From the sequence record SRR22947725_3552: 64,000 bases of DNA. One strand, 5' to 3'. Made by a program: the position numbers and the translations under genes. Positions 39,452 through 48,445 of the stretch are shown here, one piece after another. Under the pieces are notes generated by a model that saw only the letters and a list, made by a program, of their open reading frames with translations, did not search any database and was not told the origin of the DNA. How positions within the stretch are numbered: the stretch's first letter is position 1; each line of letters opens with the position of its first letter.

Positions 39452-40655
39452 CAATGCAATATCCAAACGTGTCAATCAAGAAGCAGTTAGAGGTTTAGCA
39501 CTGAGTGGAGGACTTGATTCTAATGCGATACTATCATGCTGGGATGAGATCAATCAGAAAGGTCAATACAATCACCATTTGTTCTCATTGATTCCTGAAA
39601 AAGAGCATCAAACTAACCCGGAAAGTCGTATGCTCTTGCATCAAAGGGCAAGATTGAAAGGATTTCCTTATCATTGGATTACGCCTTCGAGAGCGCTTGA
39701 TTTAATAGGGCCTGCAGAAATGTTCGTTCGGGAGTTGGAAGATCCATTTGCAGTCTTTTCGCTTTCAGGAACGGCATCTTGTTACAGGGAAGCGTCAGAC
39801 AAGGGAATATCATCGGTTGTTGACGGCATGGACGGAGATATGACAGCCGGGATTCCGTCGATGCATTGGCGGTTTCTCTTGAAGCAAAACCAGTTCATGT
39901 CAAGTTTTGTTGAATGTATTCAACATTATCGTTACGAGAAAGAATCCATCCATGCTGGATACGTTGAGATTACCAAGATGCTTTTGGCTCATTTTCTCCC
40001 TGTTTTCCCAAAATGGAAAAAAAAACTTATTGGTGTTGTTGATGGCAATCATGAAAAGATAGACAGTTGGATGAGGGAGATACCTTTTAGAAAGGACCAA
40101 AATATTGCTGATCATTTACATCATCGCATTCAGCAGCTCAGGACAAACCACCATCCAATCCCGCCCAATACAATAGAAGAATCAATATTAAACGGGTTGA
40201 AATCTCCCATGTTGGGCGTGGCTATTGACCGCTACAGGCTTTCGGCCGAATCTTGCAACGTAAAATCAATACATCCGCTTTTGGATCGTTCGTTGGTAGA
40301 ATTTTTACTGCAGATTCCATGGAATTACAGAGTCTCAAAAGGCGCTCCCAAAGCTTTGCTGAGACAACATCTGGTCAAATCTGGATACAACAGCATAGCA
40401 AACCAAAGGGATTTAGAACATGTTGGACCTAGATTCACTCATGCATTCATGCGGGACTATTTCAAGCGTCATGCGGAACCAAAAGCGGACTCGCTGGAAG
40501 CACTATCTAAATATATTAATATCAAGTCTTACTTAAAAAGCTACCAGCAGGCAGTAAATGTTGATTCGTTTGAAAATTCTGATGAGGATACATGGAGGAT
40601 CATCATGCTATCCGAATGGTTGGTTGCTAACCCTTCTTTTGGAAAAAATCAATAG
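39441..40655 (+). pseudogene. Asparagine-synthase-like (ATP pyrophosphatase) protein lacking its N-terminal glutaminase domain and start
   Basis: In frame upstream of the called TTG (39579) reads THLSNAISKRVNQEAVRGLALSGGLDS (LSGGLDS at 39501-39521), preceded by TAA at 39438-39440. Downstream motifs DGMDGD, HPLLDRSLVEF, KALLR. Confidence 0.75.
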
Positions 40656-40706
40656 ATCCATATGAACACACGACGATTCCATAACGATGATTCTTAATAC
40701 GATTAA

Positions 40707-42464
40707 ATGCACTTAACAACAATTCTAAATTCCTTACCTAAGTCTGAGCGAATCAGGCTAACGGCTATATTTATATACATGTTCATAGGAGGTTTCGTAG
40801 AAACACTTTCTGTCGTTTCTATAGGACCTTTTTTAGCAATAGCAGCTAATCCAGAATGGATCGAAACAAACATGTATTTAAGTTCTTTGTATGACTTCTG
40901 TAACTTTAAAAACAAAAATTTTTTCCTGATAGCAACTGGGTTACTATTAATTTTAATAAATGTATTTAGCAATGCAACTACATTATTTATATTGAATAAG
41001 TCTGTTAGGTTTAACATGCGTCTTATTTATATTTTTTCTAGTTATATGCATAAGTTTTATTTTTCACAGCCATATTCATTTTTTTTATCGCGAAATTCAG
41101 CTGACTTACATAGGTTTGTCTATACAGAAGTAAATTTTGTGGTTCATAACTTTTTTGTTCCTCTTTTCTCATGTTTCCAGAATTTGGTAATTGTCGTTCT
41201 CCTATCAATGGTTGTAGTTGTCCAAAGCCTCCAAGTGGCAGTTTCAGTCGTACTTTTATTCCTGTGCGTGTATGCAGCCATTAATTATGGACTTCGCGGT
41301 CGATTAAAGAAATATGGTATTGAAGCCAAAAAAGCAGACGCTAAAAGGTTTATGATTCTTAAAGATGGTTTTGAAGCATTCAAAATAACGAAACTCCTCG
41401 GGTTGGAAAACTTCTTTACTGATTCATATATAAAACATGCTTTGAATTCTTCAAGGATGCAGGGAAACAGCCAAATTATGAGCATGGCACCGAGGTATTT
41501 CGTAGAATCCATTGGCTACATTGCAATCGTAACCGTAACTCTTTTCATTGTATTGGAGATAGAAAATTTGGCTGAAGTTATACCTACTTTAGGCGTATAT
41601 GCTTATGCTTTTTACAGAATAATGCCAAAAACACAGGCAATTTACCAAAGTATAGCAAAAATGCGATTTTCCAGTGCGCGTTTCAAGGCGCTAGATTCTG
41701 AAATGCAGAGTTACTCAAAAACAAGGTCTGAAAAGGTTATAAACCCGTCAAGACTCGATACAGCTCATGATTTCCAATTAAGCGTGAAGAATGTATGCTT
41801 TTGTTACGAAAATTCTAAGCGGACCATTCTTGATAATGTCGACTTTGATATAAGAAAAAATCAAATGGTCGGCATTTTGGGTACGACGGGATCAGGAAAG
41901 ACCACTTTACTCGATATAATGCTAGGTTTATTAGTCCCTACCTCAGGTGCGATTTTTTACAAGGGGCATGACCTTGAATGCTATGATAAATCCGATTGGC
42001 AAGATCAAGTGGGGTATGTTCCTCAGGAAATAGTACTGGTTGACACGACTGTTCTCAAAAATATTGCTTTTGGAATTCCAGAAGAAAAAATCAACTCGGA
42101 ACAAGTCATTAAAGCTGCAAAGCTTGCTAATATTCACGAGTTTATTATGAACGATCTGTCTCATGGATACCAAACTGATGTGGGAGATAGAGGAATCCGC
42201 TTGAGTGGCGGCCAAAAACAGCGTTTAGGAATAGCCCGTGCTCTTTATCGCAAACCTTCCATTTTATTTTTTGATGAAGCAACAAGCAGTCTGGACACTT
42301 TAACTGAAAAAAAACTCATGAAAGCCATTGGAGATTTATATGGACACCTAACCATTGTCATCGTGGCACATCGTTTAAACACTTTGAAAAATTGTGACTT
42401 CGTCATTGAGTTAGAGGATGGCGTGGTCATAAAGAAGGGACCATTCGATTCTGTAGTTGGATGA
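40707..42464 (+). CDS. ABC exporter, fused permease/ATPase (PglK/MsbA-like glycan flippase)
   Basis: N-terminal TMD; GTTGSGKTT, GYVPQ, LSGGQKQR, FFDEATSSLD, VAHRL. Confidence 0.9.
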   Translation: MHLTTILNSLPKSERIRLTAIFIYMFIGGFVETLSVVSIGPFLAIAANPEWIETNMYLSSLYDFCNFKNKNFFLIATGLLLILINVFSNATTLFILNKSVRFNMRLIYIFSSYMHKFYFSQPYSFFLSRNSADLHRFVYTEVNFVVHNFFVPLFSCFQNLVIVVLLSMVVVVQSLQVAVSVVLLFLCVYAAINYGLRGRLKKYGIEAKKADAKRFMILKDGFEAFKITKLLGLENFFTDSYIKHALNSSRMQGNSQIMSMAPRYFVESIGYIAIVTVTLFIVLEIENLAEVIPTLGVYAYAFYRIMPKTQAIYQSIAKMRFSSARFKALDSEMQSYSKTRSEKVINPSRLDTAHDFQLSVKNVCFCYENSKRTILDNVDFDIRKNQMVGILGTTGSGKTTLLDIMLGLLVPTSGAIFYKGHDLECYDKSDWQDQVGYVPQEIVLVDTTVLKNIAFGIPEEKINSEQVIKAAKLANIHEFIMNDLSHGYQTDVGDRGIRLSGGQKQRLGIARALYRKPSILFFDEATSSLDTLTEKKLMKAIGDLYGHLTIVIVAHRLNTLKNCDFVIELEDGVVIKKGPFDSVVG

Positions 42465-42790
42465 TTCACCCAGACCTCTAAAAATATATAAGCGGTCTAG
42501 CAGCTACAAATTTTAATTCAGTAATGTTCCCGATTGAACCCAGCCATTCAGCCCCTAAAATAATGCAAAAATGTGCGCCATGTTCTTCAAAAGCTTTCAA
42601 CTAGATCCCGAATTTTCTCATCAAAATACTAGATATTGGAATCAAAACTCTTTCGAAAATAACTCCCGCACATGGTAATGCTAACGTGTATTATCCTCAA
42701 AACAGACAGTGACTATTTCAATTTCCTACTGAAAATAAATGTTAGCGCATACACAGGTGCTGAATTTTTATTGTCAATTTTAGTTAACAA

Positions 42791-43822
42791 ATGAAAAAAC
42801 TCTCCCCCTTATACAATTGCTTACAATTACTGAAAGTTTTGAGAACTTTCATAAGCAAGTGGCAGCGTGAAAAGCAAAGCAAACGAAATCTAACCGCCAA
42901 TTATCAATACGACATATCAAAATTTTCAATCTTTGGGTGCCCAAATCGTAACTTCAAGACACGTGGCCATATCACAGCTTACCTATTGATGCTGGCACAC
43001 AGCATTGAAAAAGGCTTAAGTTTTACAAACCCACATATCTGGTTCGGATGGGATAAAGCAGTCGAGCTTGCGCGCCAGAACAAATTTTACAGTGACAAAT
43101 ATGGATCTGACTGGGTGCACGCTATGTGCTGCTCCGCTTTAGATGCATATCTACAGGCATTTGAAACAGCCACACCACCCTGTCAGACTGCATTGTCTAT
43201 TATTAAGAAGGCTGCTCAGCGCTCACCTTTAGACATACCCTGCAGGGCCGGGATTAAAAATTTCAAACCTCAAGAGTTTCACTTCGGTCAGGACGTTGAT
43301 TTTAATCGATTCTTTACCACTCGTTTTAGCGTAAGGCACTTCGCAAAAAAGTCTGTCTCCAAAGAGTGTATCGATGCTGCCGCTCGCTGGGCTCAACGTG
43401 CTCCGTCAGTCTGTAATCGACAATCAGCTCGACTTAATATTTTTCCCAACGATGAACTTGGTGCTCGTATCCTCTCGTGTCAAAATGGAAACCGTGGATT
43501 CGGCCACATGGCAGATAAGATAGGGATTATTACTGTTGACCTTGAAAACTTTCTCTCTATTGGTGAGCGAAACCAAGCTTGGGTAGATGGAGGGCTATTT
43601 GCCATGACATTTATCTGGGCATTACACGCTCAGGGTTTAGCCAGCTGCTGTCTCAATTGGTCAGTTGAATTAGGTCAAGACAAACGATTGAGAAAAGTCG
43701 TTTCTTTGCCCCAAAATGAGGTAGTAATTATGTTGCTATTAATAGGCCACTATCCTGAAGAATTAACGGTTCCAGTATCACCTCGGCGCCCTTTGGAAGA
43801 TATTATTCGCTATCACATTTGA
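42791..43822 (+). CDS. Nitroreductase family protein with N-terminal extension (polysaccharide-locus type)
   Basis: HSIEKGLS, RFSVRHF, APSVCNRQ, QNGNRGFG, DGGLFAM, GLASCCLNW. Confidence 0.88.
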   Translation: MKKLSPLYNCLQLLKVLRTFISKWQREKQSKRNLTANYQYDISKFSIFGCPNRNFKTRGHITAYLLMLAHSIEKGLSFTNPHIWFGWDKAVELARQNKFYSDKYGSDWVHAMCCSALDAYLQAFETATPPCQTALSIIKKAAQRSPLDIPCRAGIKNFKPQEFHFGQDVDFNRFFTTRFSVRHFAKKSVSKECIDAAARWAQRAPSVCNRQSARLNIFPNDELGARILSCQNGNRGFGHMADKIGIITVDLENFLSIGERNQAWVDGGLFAMTFIWALHAQGLASCCLNWSVELGQDKRLRKVVSLPQNEVVIMLLLIGHYPEELTVPVSPRRPLEDIIRYHI

Positions 43823-43825
43823 TAA

Positions 43826-45007
43826 ATGAACAAGAAAATCTCTATTGCAACACTGCACTATGGATTCAATGAGGGTGCTGTATTACAAGCATACAGCACC
43901 GCTTCTTTGTTTTCCTCAATTTTGCCGGATTTCAAGGTTGAAATCATCGATCAAAGATATCCATCGAAAAAAGCAGTTTATGGAAAACCAGAATCAGCCC
44001 GCAAAATTGCATTGCAAAATGCGATCGATAGCTGGCTACCCCTTTCAGAAAAGAAATTCCATCATCCTACACATGATGCAGCGGTTCAGTATATCAACGA
44101 TACAAGCAATGCACTGGTTATTGGTAGCGATCAGGTTTGGAAATTAAGGTATCAAAGACGACTTCGGCGCTTCATTCCTAACGGAATCTTCCCTCGGCAA
44201 TCTGACCCATTTTACCCTTCTTTCCCTAACCTTTACTGGCCGTCGAATGAATTACAATGTCCCCGTGTTTCCTTTGCATCTTCCATAGGCCAACTTGATG
44301 GAAACGACATTCCAAAAAACCACCGAAGGCAAATGGCTGCTATTCTCGACGATTTTTCAATGTTAAGCGTAAGAGACGAGAAAACATTTAATTTCATGGA
44401 AATGCTGAGCCCATCTCTATCTCAAAGGGCAGAAGTGTTACCAGATCCCACCCTTTGTAATAATTTGATAACGACATCAAATGATGACGCACTCAAAACA
44501 CGTTTGCAAGAAATGGGAGTAGATTTCAGTCGTGAAAGGATCGGCATCGTTTCTCCTGATAATTCAGCTGTTATCGAAATGGCCGATCACTTTCGTAAGC
44601 GCGGAAGCCAAATTATTGGAATAACCACTCAGAATTCTTTTTGTGATATCAATCTTTTCCAAGAAGGTTTTCACCCTCTGGAATGGGCAAGATTGTTCCA
44701 TTATATGGATTTTTGCGTTCTGGACAGAATGCATGCGATGATTTTCAGTTTAATTAATTCGACACCTTTTGTCGCTATCGATCAAAACCTAACCAAGGTT
44801 AGTAATGAAACAAAAGTATTGAGTTTACTTAGAACATTCGATCTTTTGGACCATTACACCATCAAGGATCAAATAAATGGAAGTCGACTAAAAGATCATG
44901 CTAATGCAATTCGCTTAAATCCCTGGGATTGGAAAAAAATAAATACTGTTCGCGAGAAGCTCAAACAAAAGGCGGCCAATTACGTAAGTCGTGTCGGCAA
45001 ACTCTGA
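43826..45007 (+). CDS. Polysaccharide pyruvyl transferase family protein
   Basis: NEGAVLQAY, GSDQVW, FASSIG, LSVRD, LPDPTL, DRMHAMIFS. Confidence 0.88.
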   Translation: MNKKISIATLHYGFNEGAVLQAYSTASLFSSILPDFKVEIIDQRYPSKKAVYGKPESARKIALQNAIDSWLPLSEKKFHHPTHDAAVQYINDTSNALVIGSDQVWKLRYQRRLRRFIPNGIFPRQSDPFYPSFPNLYWPSNELQCPRVSFASSIGQLDGNDIPKNHRRQMAAILDDFSMLSVRDEKTFNFMEMLSPSLSQRAEVLPDPTLCNNLITTSNDDALKTRLQEMGVDFSRERIGIVSPDNSAVIEMADHFRKRGSQIIGITTQNSFCDINLFQEGFHPLEWARLFHYMDFCVLDRMHAMIFSLINSTPFVAIDQNLTKVSNETKVLSLLRTFDLLDHYTIKDQINGSRLKDHANAIRLNPWDWKKINTVREKLKQKAANYVSRVGKL

Positions 45008-45121
45008 CTTTGCTTTCTCAAATCAGGTTATCGAAGTCGTTATTGATGTGTTAAATAAAAATGCTTTTTATTAAGAACTACATCTGGCCACGGTGTTAGG
45101 GATACCTCAATTATTTTTCCA

Positions 45122-46306
45122 GTGAACCAAAAAACAACAAAAGAAATCGTGCTGGTTCAGTACAGTTCCAATTACGGAGGTTCAACAATCAGTGGCTTAC
45201 TGATTGCAAAAACCTTGTTGGCCTCGAATTGGAGAGTTCACATTATCTTTGGCTTTCATGGCCCCTTTGAAGAAATCTATCGCAATGAGGGCTGCACAAT
45301 TGAAGTAATAGCACACAAGAATTGGCTACGAAACGGTTCTTTTTTTCATTCTTCAAAAAACTGGATCCACGAATTGTTGAATCGTAGGTTTTTTATAAAA
45401 ACATTCAACAAAAGACAAATAAAGTTAGTTTATATCAACAGTCTGGCCAGTTTATCCGCAGCAGTCGCAGCAAAAAATTGTAACTTACCAGTGGTTTGGC
45501 ATTTGAGAGAACTCAGCTCGGATGTTGGAGGCGAAATGCATTTACCGCGTTTTTTTGGAAAAAGTTTAATGAGGCATATTTTGACGTACTTTTCCGATCG
45601 GCTCATATGCATATCCCATGTTGTAGCAACAAATTTCTTAGGTAATCATCTTCCAGATAACACATGTATCATCCCCAATGCTGTGGACGACTCTTATTTT
45701 GTTATAAAGGATAAGAATAAGGCACGACAACAACTAGCATTACCAGCTCATGTTCCGGTCGTCGGAATCCCTGGAACTCTTCGTCCATTGAAAGGGCACG
45801 ACTTTCTTTTCAGATCGGCAAAAAAAGTCCTTGAACTCTACCCGAGTGCAGTCATAGCAATCTCAGGGACTCAATCCGGCTCCTATGCAGAGTCGGTCGT
45901 CCAGCAAGCAAAATCTACCGGTGTAGCTGCAAACTGCAAATTTCTCGGAAATATCCCAGACATGCGCAACTTTTACGCTGCGAGTGACATTATATGTGTC
46001 CCCTCTAAATCTGAATCTTTCGGTAGAACAGTTATAGAGGCTTTTGCGATGAGCCGACCCGTTGTTGCAAGTGCAGTAGGGGGAATCGTGGAGACCATTA
46101 AAGATGGCGTGAACGGTTTTCTTGTCGAATACAATGATACAGAAAAGTTGGCTGGAGTGCTTATTGAGTTAATAGAAAACAAATCACTGGCAGGCAAAAT
46201 TTCCGAGGAAGCAAGAAATTGCGCAGCGCTTGAGTACACGGCGGATATTTGTGGAAACCGTATCAAAGACGTTATAAATGAGGCAGCTGAACAATATGGA
46301 AAATAA
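45122..46306 (+). CDS. Glycosyltransferase family 4
   Basis: YGGS, VWHLRE, PLKGH, PSKSESFGRTVIEAFA...GGIVE; GTG start. Confidence 0.9.
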   Translation: MNQKTTKEIVLVQYSSNYGGSTISGLLIAKTLLASNWRVHIIFGFHGPFEEIYRNEGCTIEVIAHKNWLRNGSFFHSSKNWIHELLNRRFFIKTFNKRQIKLVYINSLASLSAAVAAKNCNLPVVWHLRELSSDVGGEMHLPRFFGKSLMRHILTYFSDRLICISHVVATNFLGNHLPDNTCIIPNAVDDSYFVIKDKNKARQQLALPAHVPVVGIPGTLRPLKGHDFLFRSAKKVLELYPSAVIAISGTQSGSYAESVVQQAKSTGVAANCKFLGNIPDMRNFYAASDIICVPSKSESFGRTVIEAFAMSRPVVASAVGGIVETIKDGVNGFLVEYNDTEKLAGVLIELIENKSLAGKISEEARNCAALEYTADICGNRIKDVINEAAEQYGK

Positions 46307-48293
46307 GGAATTAAATTCGTTTTATGAGGATCTGCGATGCCCTGAATGTCTTGGAAAGATATCTGTAAAAAATGAAAGGCCAAAATGCAAACTGTGTGAA
46401 ATAGAATACCAAATTAAAGAAGGAATACCTGACTTACGTAAAGACAGATCATCTTATTACTGTGAATTTCCAAAGAATGAAATTGAGCAGTTTTTGGCGG
46501 ATGCAAAAAAAGATTTAGAAGGAACCGTTCGAAGTTACTTAAAAGATAAACAGCTCCCCCCAAAACTAGGCGAATACATCATGGGCTCAGGCAGAGCCGG
46601 TTGGAAATATTTATTACCCATATCAGCGAATTCACGAATTCTTGATCTTGGCTGTGGATGGGGAACGCTGGCTTATGGTCTGGCTCACAGTAAATGTGAG
46701 GTTGTGGCATTGGACAGCACACTGGAGCGAATGCGCCTGTTGTTCACCCGTTCAGTCCAGGATGGTTTAAAAAACCTAAGGACTGTTTGTGCTGGAGATG
46801 GCAAACATTTTCCATTTTCAGATGATACCTTCGATATAGTCATCGTAAATGGCGTGCTTGAGTGGATACCTTCAGGCCTTCCTGGAGACCCTGGGGAATT
46901 ACAGAGAGAATTTTTAAAGGAAATCAGGCGAGTGTTGAACCCAAGTGGAGCGCTCTTATTGGGTATTGAGAACAGGTATGCTTGGAAAACTTGGTTTCGA
47001 AATCCGGACGGCCATACGGGCCTAAGATTTGTTCCATGGTTACCTAGATTATTGGCTAATATGTATTCAAAAGTCACAGGGAAAGGCGGATATCGTAATT
47101 GGTTATACAGTGAAAAGCAATACGAGCGGTTATTGAGTAACGAGGGTTTTGATTCCAGCAGTTTTGTCGTACCTCTTCCAGGCTATCATCACCCAGTGTG
47201 GATGGTACCATTGACACAGCCAAAAAAAATTGCAAAACGTGTTCGACGCTCAGTACGCAGTCCGGCAAAGAAAACACTTCAGTATGTCAAGGGGCGGTTG
47301 ACAGCAATGTTTCCAGATGCTTTTACAATCATTGCTTCGAGTGAAAATGCAAAGCCAAACTTCTTGGATCGACTCCTTAGACACCTTAATGAATTGGATA
47401 TTTCAGGATGGGAAGATATACCACAAGAGTGCGCCGAGTATCGTATTAATGGTGAAATGGGTATTGTGACCATTCTTCTTCAGAAGAATGGAAGAGGAAA
47501 TGTCATCAAACTCCCATTACACAACCGAGCTATTATTGAACTTGAACATGAAGTTACCTTTTTCCAGCAATCTCCAAAGCAGCTGAGTAATCTATTGCCA
47601 AGGGTTATAAGTAAGGGAAATTTCGATGCTCAAGAATACTTTGTTTACTCATTCCTACCCGGCTCAAGTGGTGAGGGATTTCGAATCGAAGATTGGCGAT
47701 TAAGTAAGGTTTTAAATTCTGCTATCGATTTACTAGTCGCTTTGGATAATGAAAAAGATTTAACAAATGCCTCAAGTCAACTGGCGAATATTGAGCAAAA
47801 GGTTCTTTCGCTTACCTCCTCTGAGTTACAACACAATTGTGTAACTAAAGCAGTTAAAAGATGTCAAGGGTTCATGGAAACCATATCCGATGACGGTTGG
47901 GTTTTGGGACACGGGGATTTCAAGCTGGCTAATTGTATCCTTGCAAAGGATTCATTTTCTATCCAAGGCGTTATAGATTGGGGAGGATGGAGAAAAAAGG
48001 AGTTACCAGGTTACGACTTGGCGTTTCTACTCACGGATATAAAATGGCGATTTGGATCTAGCCTTGAGAAAAGCATCCGTTTGTGGCGCGATAATCTCCC
48101 AGCAGAAAGTTGGGCCATTCAGGCAATCGACCACTTCAACTTGGCCACTAACCGAAATATCGGGGATAAAGAATGGAAAGCAATCATGGCATGGCAATGG
48201 TTGAAAAGGCTAGCACCATTAGCAGATTTAGTTGAATGCAAGCGATTTGACTACAATTACTTAAACAGAATGTTCGATGTGTATGCAGATTGA
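46296..48293 (+). CDS. Trm112-like Zn finger + class I SAM methyltransferase + APH-like phosphotransferase fusion
   Basis: CPEC...CKLC...YQIKEGIPDL; ILDLGCGWG, FPFSDDTFD, RVLNPSG; C-terminal HGDFKLANCIL and VIDW. Confidence 0.8.
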   Translation: MENKELNSFYEDLRCPECLGKISVKNERPKCKLCEIEYQIKEGIPDLRKDRSSYYCEFPKNEIEQFLADAKKDLEGTVRSYLKDKQLPPKLGEYIMGSGRAGWKYLLPISANSRILDLGCGWGTLAYGLAHSKCEVVALDSTLERMRLLFTRSVQDGLKNLRTVCAGDGKHFPFSDDTFDIVIVNGVLEWIPSGLPGDPGELQREFLKEIRRVLNPSGALLLGIENRYAWKTWFRNPDGHTGLRFVPWLPRLLANMYSKVTGKGGYRNWLYSEKQYERLLSNEGFDSSSFVVPLPGYHHPVWMVPLTQPKKIAKRVRRSVRSPAKKTLQYVKGRLTAMFPDAFTIIASSENAKPNFLDRLLRHLNELDISGWEDIPQECAEYRINGEMGIVTILLQKNGRGNVIKLPLHNRAIIELEHEVTFFQQSPKQLSNLLPRVISKGNFDAQEYFVYSFLPGSSGEGFRIEDWRLSKVLNSAIDLLVALDNEKDLTNASSQLANIEQKVLSLTSSELQHNCVTKAVKRCQGFMETISDDGWVLGHGDFKLANCILAKDSFSIQGVIDWGGWRKKELPGYDLAFLLTDIKWRFGSSLEKSIRLWRDNLPAESWAIQAIDHFNLATNRNIGDKEWKAIMAWQWLKRLAPLADLVECKRFDYNYLNRMFDVYAD

Positions 48294-48445
48294 GGAATGT
48301 AAACGAAACTCATCCCTTAGAATTTGTTACTGGAAAGAGGTAATTTAAGTTTATTGCTACCTTCGATTTTTGTTGGTTTTTTATTCTTTTTTTTCATAAC
48401 ACGTTGATTATGGACTTCAGCACAGGAGCCAATTTTAAAAGTTCA

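Noticed and set aside
42465..42790. Possible lasso/RiPP precursor ORF near the asnB-like gene and ABC exporter
   Set aside because: The short plus-strand ORF read here (MFPIEPSHSAPKIMQKCAPCSSKAFN) lacks the YxxPxL...Tx(G/S/C) leader pattern.
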